From the NCBI GenBank assembly GCA_004764695.1, contig SMSO01000035.1, positions 248,001 through 312,000 of the forward strand: 64,000 nt of DNA, written 5' to 3'. The stretch comes from Schizochytrium sp. TIO01. Taxonomy: Eukaryota > Protista > Bigyra: Labyrinthulomycetes. Position numbers and translations under genes: made by a program. Position 1 is the first letter of the stretch. Each line of letters starts with the position of its first letter. Positions 1 through 10,833 of the stretch are shown piece by piece. Below the pieces are notes generated by a model. That model was not told the origin of the DNA. It ran no database searches and worked only from the letters and a program-made list of their open reading frames with translations.

Positions 1-1105
1 ATGATCGCTATCATCATTGGCTTTTATCGATGATTGTTCATTACCTTAAAAAAGAAACTCGAGGAAAGATGAATGATTTAAAACAACAGTAAGAACAGTG
101 TGATTTATTCATGAGTCAGAGTAAGAAAGTAAATGGCTCGGGGAAGTGAGCTCGTGAAAGGAAGGCGCGAAAAAGAGAAATTGGGAATTTGGAACCAGAC
201 TCCTAGGCAAATGGTTAGTGCCACGGCTACTGGGAGAAGAGTGATTCATTCATTTCTTCTTTCGCCAAGAAGTAATGAATGTTAGTTAGTTAGTTGATCT
301 GTTGTTTTTATCTTGGAAATGGAGACTTTTGATCGATTGAAACTAAAACTACTGAGCGCCGCCCGTGGAAGACTTCCATCTCGCGCAACTTCCTGCAAGC
401 GAGACAGCGTTCTGTATCGACGTTCTTCTTTGAGGCAATCAATCGACCTAACAAATAAAAATAAACAAATAAATTAACAAGGATAAGGACTTAAGAAAGA
501 AAGAAAGAAAAAGAGAAAGAAAGAGAAAGAGAAAGAAAGAAACAAACACATAATTGATTGACGAAGCGATCGATAAATTCATCGATCAACAGCATCTGAC
601 GAGAAATAGTCGCTTGACAGCAAACAGCAAACCCGCAACGCAGGACCCGACCTGAACTCAAGTCAAACCTCAAAGCCCAAGCCTTCTGCATTTAGTTGCA
701 TTCGCTCACGCAATAACATAGCACACACGTGTACTCAATCACTCACTCACTCAGCGAGAGCAGCAGACGTAGTAGAAGCAGAAGGAGACTTTACTTCTAG
801 CGTTTATTCACGCACTATTAGGCATTGACGCCAAGACGAGCCCAGAAATCCTTGACCTTTGTTGAGCCAAAGCATCATTGAATTGAAGCAAATTCAATCC
901 TGCATTACCACTAGACGAGCTCGACGCTTTGGTCTCATTCAGGAAACCACCACCACCACCACAACAACAACAACAACGGAAGGTATCGACAGCAGGCATA
1001 CCAACCTCAACAACCATTGCGTACAAATTTCTCAAGCTCAAGCATAAGCATAAGCACAAGTACAAGCCCGACTTCGAACAAGCACCTCTGGTCAAATAAA
1101 CAATC

Positions 1106-2266
1106 ATGGCAACGCCTGCGGCAACGATGCCGCACGCTCGGCGAGTAAAGCCCACGACCCCGCGGACAAGCAGCAGCGGCAGCGCCGTCTCCACCTCGGA
1201 GAGGTTAAAAACCCTTCTTACGGGAGAGCATGATGATGTCAACCATGTCATCATTGTTCACGTTCAGCACAAGCTAGATGATGGTTCGCTCGTGGATGAA
1301 ATCGTTCTTGGTGGCGGGTCTCCTGCCGCCAACAATGGTGGCGGCAGCACACAAACTCGCTCGGGCCCTGTGCGCCGTTTGAGCAGCCCTTACCGTGGTG
1401 TTTCGTTCCATTCCTGCACTCAACGCTGGCGTGGACGCATCAAGCACGGCACCAAAAGTGAGCATCTCGGATACTTCACATCTGACCTCGAGGCAGCAGC
1501 AGCGTACAACGTGGCTGCCCGTAAAATCCACGGTCAAGACGCCCAGGTCAACCGAAATGTTGAAGAGATCATGGCCCAGACTTTGGCATGCTCCAGCCGC
1601 GTCATTGAACGCAATGCAGTACCTTATGCCAACCGGGTGGCTTCAGGAGCCGCGCCTCAACCGCCTGCTCACAAGGCTGTTGTTCAACCAGCGCAGCCTC
1701 AACAACGCGAAACTGCACCAAGCTATGTAAAAATAGAACCTCACACTTCTCACGCTCCAATGGCGCCTCCACCTGTATATCCAATGAGCTCCATTAGTAG
1801 TGAGTCCCGTGAGTCCATGTATTCATACGAGGATTACAGCGACTGCTATCCCAGCCCGCACAGCGCTCAGCCGCAGCACGAGCAGGGCGAGTACTCCAGT
1901 AATTCTTCACATCACATCAACTCCTCCTTTCATGTGTCACCTAGCGTAGAAAAGGTCCACGAGAACAGCAGTGTCATGATCACCAATAACGATGACTTGC
2001 ACTACCACACGATCAAGGAGGAGCCTTCCGCACAAGCCACCACCTCCCTCTCTTGGGAGGATTATTTCGTGCAAATCTGGTTTGACGGGTCATCAACCGG
2101 ATGCCACGACACCCCAACACAAGTTGCGCCATCAAGCGCGTCTGAGAGTCTTCCTTTCGGGCCGTCGAGCTTGGACCTCGATGGTAACCGATGCTTCAAG
2201 CGTGCTGCTTATGACTACAGTCATCAGCCCGCTGTGGACTTTGACTGCAAGCGCATTCGCTGTTAG
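1106..2266 (+). CDS. AP2/ERF DNA-binding domain transcription factor (single AP2 domain, about 1391-1555)
   Basis: 386-aa ATG ORF with AP2 signature SPYRGVSFHSCTQRWRGRIK...HLGYFTSDLEAAAAYNVAARKIHGQDAQVN; the rest is S/P/Q/H-rich low complexity. Confidence 0.88.
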   Translation: MATPAATMPHARRVKPTTPRTSSSGSAVSTSERLKTLLTGEHDDVNHVIIVHVQHKLDDGSLVDEIVLGGGSPAANNGGGSTQTRSGPVRRLSSPYRGVSFHSCTQRWRGRIKHGTKSEHLGYFTSDLEAAAAYNVAARKIHGQDAQVNRNVEEIMAQTLACSSRVIERNAVPYANRVASGAAPQPPAHKAVVQPAQPQQRETAPSYVKIEPHTSHAPMAPPPVYPMSSISSESRESMYSYEDYSDCYPSPHSAQPQHEQGEYSSNSSHHINSSFHVSPSVEKVHENSSVMITNNDDLHYHTIKEEPSAQATTSLSWEDYFVQIWFDGSSTGCHDTPTQVAPSSASESLPFGPSSLDLDGNRCFKRAAYDYSHQPAVDFDCKRIRC

Positions 2267-3178
2267 ATATTTCAACATCTTACATATCTCCTTTTCTTCT
2301 TTGTATATACCACCGACCTATTCGCTCTTCAAGTGCTGCCCGTTTTTCATGTATAGAGGCTGGCATTGAGCAATGTGATATTTTCTTCACCCCCGCCATT
2401 ATACCTGTAATTCGTTCAAATCTCATTTTTTTCAGCTCTGTTTCACCCCACGTTTCATGTTTTTTTGTTTGATACTTTTTTGGGACTGCAACGCGTGAGC
2501 ACCAAAATTTGGTTCGTGTTATTTGCAACACCCATTTTCTTTCTCTTGAATTCATCTCTACAGAGAAGACCTCAAATCAGGTATTAACCAAAGCACTTTA
2601 ATTGCCGCAACATGGTTAAAACACTAGGTAGCTATTTGCTGGGTCTCTTTCTGTTATAGGCGCCATGATCTTCTTCGCTCATCCACACTAAGTTATCGTT
2701 TTTACTATTCGTCAGGAAAGTCTGAGGATGTTGTAGGTTTGTGGTCTACAAATTTCCCCCGAAATCATCTGCTTCTGACATCGCATCATTGAAGAGGCTT
2801 CGTTCTGTTGTTTTCTTTGTTGAGCACTTCATTCCTCGTTGAATTTTCGACCTTGGCTTCGCAAGTTGTGTCGTTGTTGTTTATATCCCAAATCTCAAAT
2901 AAAGCCACCGACGTCATCTACGAGCTGGAGATATACCGCTTGAGTTTGAGGAATGTTGAGTTGGTTTTCTCCAACCGCAGCGTGCATTTCTTGACAAAGT
3001 TTCATAATAAATTACTTCTAGCTAGTAGTATCCAAGGAGGTACTAGGGCAGTAGTAGTAGTATTGATTATGATGAAGATTTGAAAGGCCATCCGAGTCAT
3101 AATGAGTCTCATCACAGGGGTCATACATTAATTACTTGTGATCAGCGATCGAACTTTGCCAGAACTTGAACGCCGTTA

Positions 3179-5344
3179 ATGTTGGCTTGTGGTCGATCGT
3201 GGCGCGTAGTAGCAAACTCTGGAGTGAGGTCCAGAGCTATGAGTAACTCCACTTCGCCACTCTGGCGTGCCGCCTTTGTGCATAAGCTCAACGAGGACAA
3301 TGCCCCGGGAGGAGCCAAAGATGCTGGCAAGCTCTCACTAAGTCTCGAGAAACTCGAGGTTGGTGCTGACAAAGCCACCAAAGAGTGTAAGCTCATGCGA
3401 AGCCCGAAGGAAGACATTTCAAAAACTCTAGGCCGTCTTGCCAAAACTCTGAGCAAAGGTCGAGAGGAGCCTGTCAATACTTGTATGGTCGAGCTTCATG
3501 AGTCTGGCCAAATTGACCACGGTCTCACAGCACAGCGAGCTCTCATGGAGAAGGGTGCTGCTATCGTTATCAATGGCAAAGAACGCTTTACGCTCTGTGT
3601 TGACAACCCACGTGTTCATGATATCAAAATGCGAGGTCTCCCCATGGTCAACTGTCCAATTGCACCATGGCCAGAGACGGAAATGGTTGAAGATCAAAAC
3701 ATCTTGAGGTGGAAATGGACCTATGCAGATGAAGAGGACGTTAGCAAAGCAGAAGCATTATCTACATCTCGCATTTATTCCCCTAGGGAAGAGGACATTG
3801 GTCGGAAACTCAGGGTTACCTGTACTGTGGATAGTGAATTTCCGGATCCAGTCTCCGTGTCAATGGAAAACGCTGTGCTTGCAAGTCCTCCTGAAAAAGA
3901 AGTGCTTGGTCGCCTTCCGCGTCACTCTACAGATGCAAACCTAGGCTCAGAGTCATCAGGTTCATCAAAAGAGGCAAACCATGTCCGAGTTATGACTTAC
4001 AACACCCTGGCCGATGCCTACAGCCACACGTGGGATGAAATGTATGCTTATTGTGACCCAAAACATCGCGATATTGAATATCGTGCACCGCTTTTGGCGA
4101 GGGAAATTCGTCACTACGCAGCAGACATTCTCTGTCTCCAAGAAGTTGATACAAAGATGGAGGAGTTCTGGAAAGCTCAGCTCGAGGAAGATTTCATCTG
4201 CTTTTACACCCCCAAAGATGGAGCTGGCATGGAAGGCTGTCTAATGGCTGTGCGCAAATCAAGATTTAAGATCGAAAGCTTTGAGTCGATCAGTTTTCGG
4301 GATCTTGTTGAACGTCGCCGAAAAGACGCCACCTGGCTCAACCACCTTCTTACGAATGTGGAGTCACTAGAGCACTCCATTTCTCGAGTCACAAGTATTG
4401 CCCAATTTGCTGTACTGCGTCTGATCAACCCAGAAGAGGGCAACCGGGCGGAATCTACAGAGATAGGTAACAAAACCTCAGTTTCGTCTGAGTTCGGACG
4501 TGTGATTGTTACAAACACTCATTCCTTTTTTCACCCAGGCGCTGGAAACATTCGTTGTATTCAAGCAAAGCTTCTGGCAGATTTGGTGGAGGCCAAGCGT
4601 CAAGACGATGACGCAGTGATTATGTGCGGTGACTGGAATGCACAATCCTATGATCTTTCTCTGCAGTTTCTTCTTTACGGCAAGGTTGCAGCAGATCACC
4701 CCGAGTGGGCTACAAGCAGCATCTTCAAGTATGAGAGCAAAGCAAACTTGGCCCGAGATGTCATTTATGAAGATGCAGGCTCGGAATCGCAACGCTACAT
4801 GGATATTCTGACACAAACCTCTCCGAGTGGACGTGCACTTTCTGTAGAACAGCTTCGCAAGCAAGTAGAGGAGATTGACAAGTCTTATAGTCTTGTTGAT
4901 AAGCTCAATGTCGTTGCTGAGCTGAAACGTGGACTCAGCTGGCACGATGATCCTGTAGACCAAGTTGCTATTCGTGATATGATTTCACTTATGCAGAGCC
5001 ATTTGCAAGAGTCCAAAGCACAACTTGTGGCTACGCAGCGGGCCAAAACAGAAGCCATAGGTGATGCCTATCCCAATACTGGTGTTGGTTGTGGTGCGCA
5101 TCTTTCTCACGATCTTGACCTCTTTAGTGTTTATGGTGAGCCGAAATTCACCAATTACGTTGGTAATTGGTACGGCGATCTGGACTGGATTCTCTGCTCG
5201 CGTGACACAGTAGAGGTCCAATCCTTGGCACCTATCCCTGAAGAGTCTACGCTACAGCAGGATACGGCCTTGCCTTCGAAGGAGTTTCCTTCTGATCACG
5301 TTTCCCTTTGTGCTGACCTCAAACTCAGGAAGTCCAGAGTATGA
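3179..5344 (+). CDS. PDE12: 2',5'-phosphodiesterase 12 / CCR4-like EEP-family deadenylase, probably mitochondrial
   Basis: EEP motifs VMTYNTLAD, DILCLQEVD, TNTHSFFHP, IMCGDWN, FTNY..DLDWI and FPSDH; PDE12-type N-terminal extension (MRSPKEDISKTLGRL; YSPREEDIGRKLRVTC); Arg/Ser-rich N-terminus resembling a transit peptide. Confidence 0.85.
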   Translation: MLACGRSWRVVANSGVRSRAMSNSTSPLWRAAFVHKLNEDNAPGGAKDAGKLSLSLEKLEVGADKATKECKLMRSPKEDISKTLGRLAKTLSKGREEPVNTCMVELHESGQIDHGLTAQRALMEKGAAIVINGKERFTLCVDNPRVHDIKMRGLPMVNCPIAPWPETEMVEDQNILRWKWTYADEEDVSKAEALSTSRIYSPREEDIGRKLRVTCTVDSEFPDPVSVSMENAVLASPPEKEVLGRLPRHSTDANLGSESSGSSKEANHVRVMTYNTLADAYSHTWDEMYAYCDPKHRDIEYRAPLLAREIRHYAADILCLQEVDTKMEEFWKAQLEEDFICFYTPKDGAGMEGCLMAVRKSRFKIESFESISFRDLVERRRKDATWLNHLLTNVESLEHSISRVTSIAQFAVLRLINPEEGNRAESTEIGNKTSVSSEFGRVIVTNTHSFFHPGAGNIRCIQAKLLADLVEAKRQDDDAVIMCGDWNAQSYDLSLQFLLYGKVAADHPEWATSSIFKYESKANLARDVIYEDAGSESQRYMDILTQTSPSGRALSVEQLRKQVEEIDKSYSLVDKLNVVAELKRGLSWHDDPVDQVAIRDMISLMQSHLQESKAQLVATQRAKTEAIGDAYPNTGVGCGAHLSHDLDLFSVYGEPKFTNYVGNWYGDLDWILCSRDTVEVQSLAPIPEESTLQQDTALPSKEFPSDHVSLCADLKLRKSRV

Positions 5345-6052
5345 ATTTTATATTCCTCCTTTGTACATATTACATCCCTGTGTATTTCTTTCTCTCTTTC
5401 TTTTTTTGGTTTGTTTCTTTGTTTGTTACAATCTTCTCCCACTTGCAGTGATTGATTACGATTCCATCTTATCCTGAGACGCTTGTAAGCACCTCGTATG
5501 GCTTAAGATGATTTGCATAATAGCGAAACTTTCGAAGAGAAAGCTGCAACAATCTCTCGGATTTAACTATGCAGTAGTTTCTAAATCCAAGATTGTTGCT
5601 AAGTATCACTCATTCGCAAAGGTCATTATGACTGAATTTAGCCGCCGCAATAACACCAAGCGTTTTTTAAACCGCGGCAGCCCTAATGCAGTCCCAAAAA
5701 TTAGTAGAGTAAAATTACAAATACAATTTTGGTCAAGATAATGAATGTTGAGCATATAAGCACATTTAACAACATTATTTCGCTAGAATGATCATCGAAG
5801 AGTTAAACCGTCATAAGAAGCGTAGTACTATGCATTATTTGTTTTTTAGGGGGGGATTTGCTCAGTGATATTTCACGAAATTTAACCGAAGAAGTGGAAG
5901 AGCTATGGCAGTATTAAAAATCTGTTATCATCGAGGTGCTAAACGGAAGACTTTGTTTGTAACAAAGACAAAAGCCTAATCAATAGTTATAATAAGAACG
6001 GAAACTTCACAAAACAAGGAGAAAACTAATCTGTGTAGGTAGTACTTCTAAA

Positions 6053-7489
6053 TTAGATAATGCCAGGAATCATCAGGTAAGGGACAAGCTTCTTGTACTC
6101 CTCCCACTTTTCGCCATACTTGTCGGCACAGCGAGCATCATCGCGCCATGCGCGGTCAATCAGGAGAATGAAAAGGAAGGCGAAATACGGGTATGCAAGG
6201 GCACAGAATGGGTGCGCAACAATGCAAGACCAGGTGAAGCCAGCGCAGAGCTCGAAGAAGTAGTTGATCTTGCGAGCCTTGCCCCACCAACCAGAGTAAA
6301 GAAGAAGAGAAGAGTGCTTCTTGCCATCACCCGTCTGGTAGTCAGCAACGAGGTACTCGGCGTCCTTACCCCAGATTTTCATCTTGCCGTCCTTGGCACG
6401 GAACTCCTGGCGCTGACGATCAATGTCATAGTTGAGGTAGATACTCACAAGACAGAAAACAAACATGCCGACAGCTACCCAGGTTGGGAAGTTGTACGGG
6501 TGCAGCACCAGAAAGGCGGGGGGGCAGCAGTACACAGACGGGACCCAGACGAGACAGCCCCAGCAAATGTAGTGACCAGCGCGGTCGTGCATGATATCAA
6601 TGGTAAACATGTAGCCACGCTCCCAAATATGGAACTTGGCAAGGTAAATGACCTGAAGGACAGCAGAGATGAGCATGCTGTTGCTAATCTCACCAAAACG
6701 CTCGTACTGGGCGCAAGCAAAAGATACACAAAGCAAGGCCCAGCCAGTCATGCCATAGCGGCAGTTGGTATAGACCTTGACGTCCCAGCCAAAAATGCGT
6801 GGGTAAAGCTCGGTGCCCCAGTAGTAGTCGAAAGGAAAGTTGCCAGACAGACCAGAGTCAGTGCTAGAGGGAGCCACAGCACCCTTGACATAGAGGATGG
6901 AGCAGAGGATAATAGCAACAATATTCATCGTGGCGACCCACTCATGAAAGTGGTCAAAGACCACACCACCATTGTAAAGGCCAAAGTACATGCCAAGGCC
7001 GTAGAGAACAAACGACGCTACATAGCAGGCAAACGCGTTATCTTTGTAGATGGGAACGTTTCCCATGGGGCTCTTTGGGCCCTCGTATATCTCACCGGGC
7101 ATGAAGCGCATGAGCAAAAGCTGCACTAGGCAGTAAAGGCCAATCATCTTCCACACGTAAGGGTTCATGGCGTCGCGAGTATAAGTGGCAATTAGACCAG
7201 TGTCAATGATCTCCTGGATCACTTCCTGGCCCATACTGAGAAAACCAACATTAGGGTCGGTAGACGTGACGGCGCGACCAAGAATGATGCTAGTCAACGG
7301 TGTGGCCAGGACCAAAAATGCCGGGAGAAAGGCTGTGCGAATCCACAAAGGGCCAATGCCAACACTCTCCGAGGAGTTCTCACCTGACCACATACCGCCT
7401 GTGCTAGATGATGATTTGCTGCTAAGCTTCTTGGTTGGGGCAGTGCCTGACGCCCCCACAGCAGGCGCTGCCTTTGATTTGGGCGCCAT
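6053..7489 (-). CDS. DHCR7: 7-dehydrocholesterol (sterol delta-7) reductase, ERG4/ERG24 family
   Basis: Multi-TM protein with DYYWGTELYPRI, TIDIMHDRAGHYICWGCLVWVP, LLYSGWWGKARKINY and RDDARCADKYG..W..Y motifs typical of DHCR7/DWF5; strong C-ending codon bias. Confidence 0.92.
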   Translation of the reverse strand: MAPKSKAAPAVGASGTAPTKKLSSKSSSSTGGMWSGENSSESVGIGPLWIRTAFLPAFLVLATPLTSIILGRAVTSTDPNVGFLSMGQEVIQEIIDTGLIATYTRDAMNPYVWKMIGLYCLVQLLLMRFMPGEIYEGPKSPMGNVPIYKDNAFACYVASFVLYGLGMYFGLYNGGVVFDHFHEWVATMNIVAIILCSILYVKGAVAPSSTDSGLSGNFPFDYYWGTELYPRIFGWDVKVYTNCRYGMTGWALLCVSFACAQYERFGEISNSMLISAVLQVIYLAKFHIWERGYMFTIDIMHDRAGHYICWGCLVWVPSVYCCPPAFLVLHPYNFPTWVAVGMFVFCLVSIYLNYDIDRQRQEFRAKDGKMKIWGKDAEYLVADYQTGDGKKHSSLLLYSGWWGKARKINYFFELCAGFTWSCIVAHPFCALAYPYFAFLFILLIDRAWRDDARCADKYGEKWEEYKKLVPYLMIPGII

Positions 7490-7503
7490 TTCGGGTGAAA
7501 ATT

Positions 7504-7659
7504 CTATAATATCAAAATAAATTCACCCCATCGTGTACGCGTATAAAACGACAACAACCGTAGTATTCATTTTGCACCACAAGTCAGAGTTGTCAAGAAT
7601 TTATTTTATTTGCAGGTAAATTTTCATTTCTGTCAGTCATTTTGTTCAGGAATCCTTAC
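7504..7659 (-). other. Putative 5'-UTR intron of DHCR7
   Basis: Minus-strand AG|GTAAGG donor at 7659 and T-rich ...ATTATAG acceptor at 7504, about 15 nt before the ATG; no transcript evidence. Confidence 0.4.
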
Positions 7660-10100
7660 CTAACTCTGCAAAACACTCGCGCGCACACGCGCACACGCAC
7701 GCACACACGCGCGCCCCAACAACACTAAGGATAGCACCATATAAAATATACTCGAGAACAACGCTCCACTTGCCTGCACAGGAATCCTGCGTTAAAGGCC
7801 CACGCTCTAATGCCGTAGTCCTTGCTCTGTCCCATCTTTACACTCGTTGACATGGTCAAATCGCTTTCTCTTCCTCTCTGACGGACGCTAGATTCAGGTT
7901 GCCTTCTCTCCAAACGCACATGTTCAAGTATTGTCGCCTAGTGCAGATCATGAAACAACAATTTTGGCCCCTACCTACTCCTTGAGCAAAAGCAGCAATG
8001 ACATATCCTTGTGGCGGCAAAGTGCTTGAAATGCGCTACTCCAAGCACCCTCAAAGCTCAGCTGAAGCAAAAGAATAAATGCGACCGATATATTTATGGT
8101 TGCATATTTCTCTTTTTCCTTCAGCTATGGACTTGGCGACTGACTACGCCTGTGTCAGCGTTACCCGTCGCGCGACGGATGTTTCAAACTCTCCTTCTAA
8201 GATCCTCACGGCCTTGTTCTTGTCAAACTCTCTGCTATTTAACCCTTCCCATCGCGACGCCTGGGATCTTGCTTTTCCGCAAGCTTCTATCTCTCATGCG
8301 CCATCCATTGACGTTGTTCTCCATGTACAGTCGTCTTCAAGCAAGCAAGCAAGCAGGCAAGCAAGCTCTATCTTGCCATCTTGTTCCCAACGGTGACAGA
8401 CCGACCGGGTGCCTGACATCTGCTCCTCTCTCTCGCTCTGCCCTTCCAGCCCTTGCGTCTCCACGTCTCCTCCAACGTACCGTCTTCTGAGCACCTCGAA
8501 CCTGGCTCTTGCCGATGGACTCGAGTCAGGTTTGCATTCATCGTCGCATTTCTCTTTCTTCTTCGAATTCAATCCAAATCACCAAAAAACGAGAAATTCA
8601 AAGAAACCAAAATCGAAACGAAATTTTCTTTTTCTTCCTCTTTCCTCTCTTCCTCTGTGGGTACCCAGCCTAATCACTCCTACTCCTACCTACCCCCACA
8701 TCGACGACAGTGGCAGGCATTCACTACAGTAAGCGCTAGCTAAGCACTAGGCCATCAAAGTGACAGTGGTATCAAAAACAAAGCCAGACGAATCTGACAC
8801 CATGCTATTGGCCTCGTAAGGTATACCGTAGTACTGCCTTCGTCTGTTCTGTTTCTTTCTTTCTTTGTTATTGTTCTTTCACGTTTTTTTTTGTTTTTTT
8901 TGCATATCTGTTCATAATCGTTCGGTTGAATGCAATGAAATTCTCCCTTCGAATTCGACCAATAAGCCCTTGCCTTCTTTGCGAGGAGCTGGCGACGAGA
9001 GGAGGGGTCTCCAGCATCCTCTCAGGAGGCCGTCTGCGAGAGGAAATCGATCGAAGTGCTCCCATCAGCGAGGCAGAGGCAGCGAGTGGTTCACCTTTTT
9101 CTTCGCTTTCTTGGCCCCCTTGGTGCCCTGTAGTCTAGTTAAACTCGTATTTGCGGCACAGATGCACAAACTTTTTAGCATTCTCAATAACTAACTAAGT
9201 GCTCTTCGCAGTAGGACTCAAACAGCGGCAGTTAGCGCCGGCAAAGAGTGCATCGGAGCAAAAGAAAGTGATCGATCAGAGGCACGTGCGTATTACGGGA
9301 CCCAATAATATCTCATCTTTGACTTAACTAGGTTGACTCGGGGTCCTGTGACACGTGCGTGCGGGTTTGCGTACTTTAAGATTCCATGATTCTAGGCTGT
9401 TAGAGAAAAGAAAGTTGGAAACTCAGGAGGTGATTCAACATAAAGTCACGAACTCTGTTGCTTTCTCGCTTGTTCTTCTGCACGCACACACAGATGGATT
9501 CGAGATGCCTTTTCCCTTTGTCTTCACGATTACTGTAGGCATTCTGTTCTTCATGTCTTCTACATTTCTCCCTTTTTTCGTTTCTTTTCTTTTCTTATTC
9601 TATACCAATGACCAATCTAATTACTAAGTAAGTAGCAGTAACAACTAACTAACTACCTAACTGTCGAGGACAACGTGGCGCACATTGGGAATCAAATTCA
9701 TCGATCGAGAAATCGCCACTCAAACAGTGCACCTCTGTTCTATTCAGAACGGTCAGAACCCGCGGTTCCAGGCACCCTTGCAAGTCTTGAATCACACGCG
9801 CAAGGCATGAGTCGATCTACAGTTTCACGATGGCAGCCCATGCACAAGCCAAGCGAGAGCAAGAATCGAATACACTTCCACACTGTCACTCACTGCTCTT
9901 CATTGTCATCTTTTCTAAAGTGCCTTCTTCGAGTGGGTTCTTTTATCCCGACCTCCTGCCAACTTGTCGATCGGCCGCAATCTGAGCAAGCAAGCAAGCA
10001 AGCAAGCAGTCTGACTCTCTGCCAGTTGCCCTTCGTTTCCCTGAAAGGCCCTCGCTCAGATCCCGCTCCGTTTTGCAAGACGGTCTCAAGCTTTCCAGCG

Positions 10101-10159
10101 TTGCATTGCATTGTATTTCATTGCATTGCATTTCATTGCATTGCATTTCATTGCATTGC
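10101..10159. repeat. Compound pentanucleotide microsatellite (TTGCA/TTTCA)n
   Basis: Read directly; it produces the spurious HCIAF/HCISL repeats in the ORF track. Confidence 0.9.
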
Positions 10160-10464
10160 GTTTCGTGCAAAGTCCCCCAAATGAAAACAACACAAAACGC
10201 GCTAACCCTCTCCCGTGCCCTTCTAACCAAAACTGTAGGCTTCCCTGGCGCACCCGGCGCGCTCCTCTTTGTCCCTGAATGAAGGCGAGTCAAAGCTCAC
10301 GTTGGTCTTCAAGTTCGTCCGCGTGGAATAAACAATCGATCGATCGATTGATCGATCGATCGATAGATTCATGATCTATCTCAGTCAGGCTGCAGTGCAT
10401 GCGTGCCTTAGACTCGGGTTGGCGGGCGAGCGGTCGCCTTGGAGGCCTTTCTGCTGGAGGTCGC

Positions 10465-10495
<31 letters not shown>

Positions 10496-10574
10496 GCTGC
10501 CTGGCCTCTGTATGACGCCATCAGGCCATGATCGCGCAAATCTATCTATCCGTCACTCAAACAAAGCATCTTGA

Positions 10575-10655
10575 AGCAAGCAAAGCAAAGCAAAGCAAAG
10601 CAACGCAAAGCAAAGCAAAACAAAGCAACGCAAAGCAAAGCAAAACAAAGCAAGC
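10575..10655. repeat. (AAAGC)n-type microsatellite; a similar tract lies at about 26945-26990
   Basis: Read directly. Confidence 0.9.
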
Positions 10656-10760
10656 ATGAGCAGCGGTCGTACCTTCTTCCGCATTGCGCTCGCTCAAGTT
10701 CCACCCCGTTGAGAGGAGTGAAGAAGAAGTCTTGAAGAGAATCACGGCGGAGTCACTCAC

Positions 10761-10761
<1 letters not shown>

Positions 10762-10833
<72 letters not shown>
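10762..10833. repeat. (AATC)n microsatellite, about 18 units
   Basis: Read directly. Confidence 0.95.

Noticed and set aside
859-1047. Poly-Thr upstream ORF before the AP2 gene
   Set aside because: TTG start; derives from (ACC)n(ACA)n microsatellite.
6212-7129. 305-aa plus-strand ORF
   Set aside because: Antisense shadow of codon-biased DHCR7; non-ATG start and no motifs.
9675-10293. ORFs with HCIAF / QCNEM peptide repeats
   Set aside because: Translations of a pentanucleotide microsatellite.
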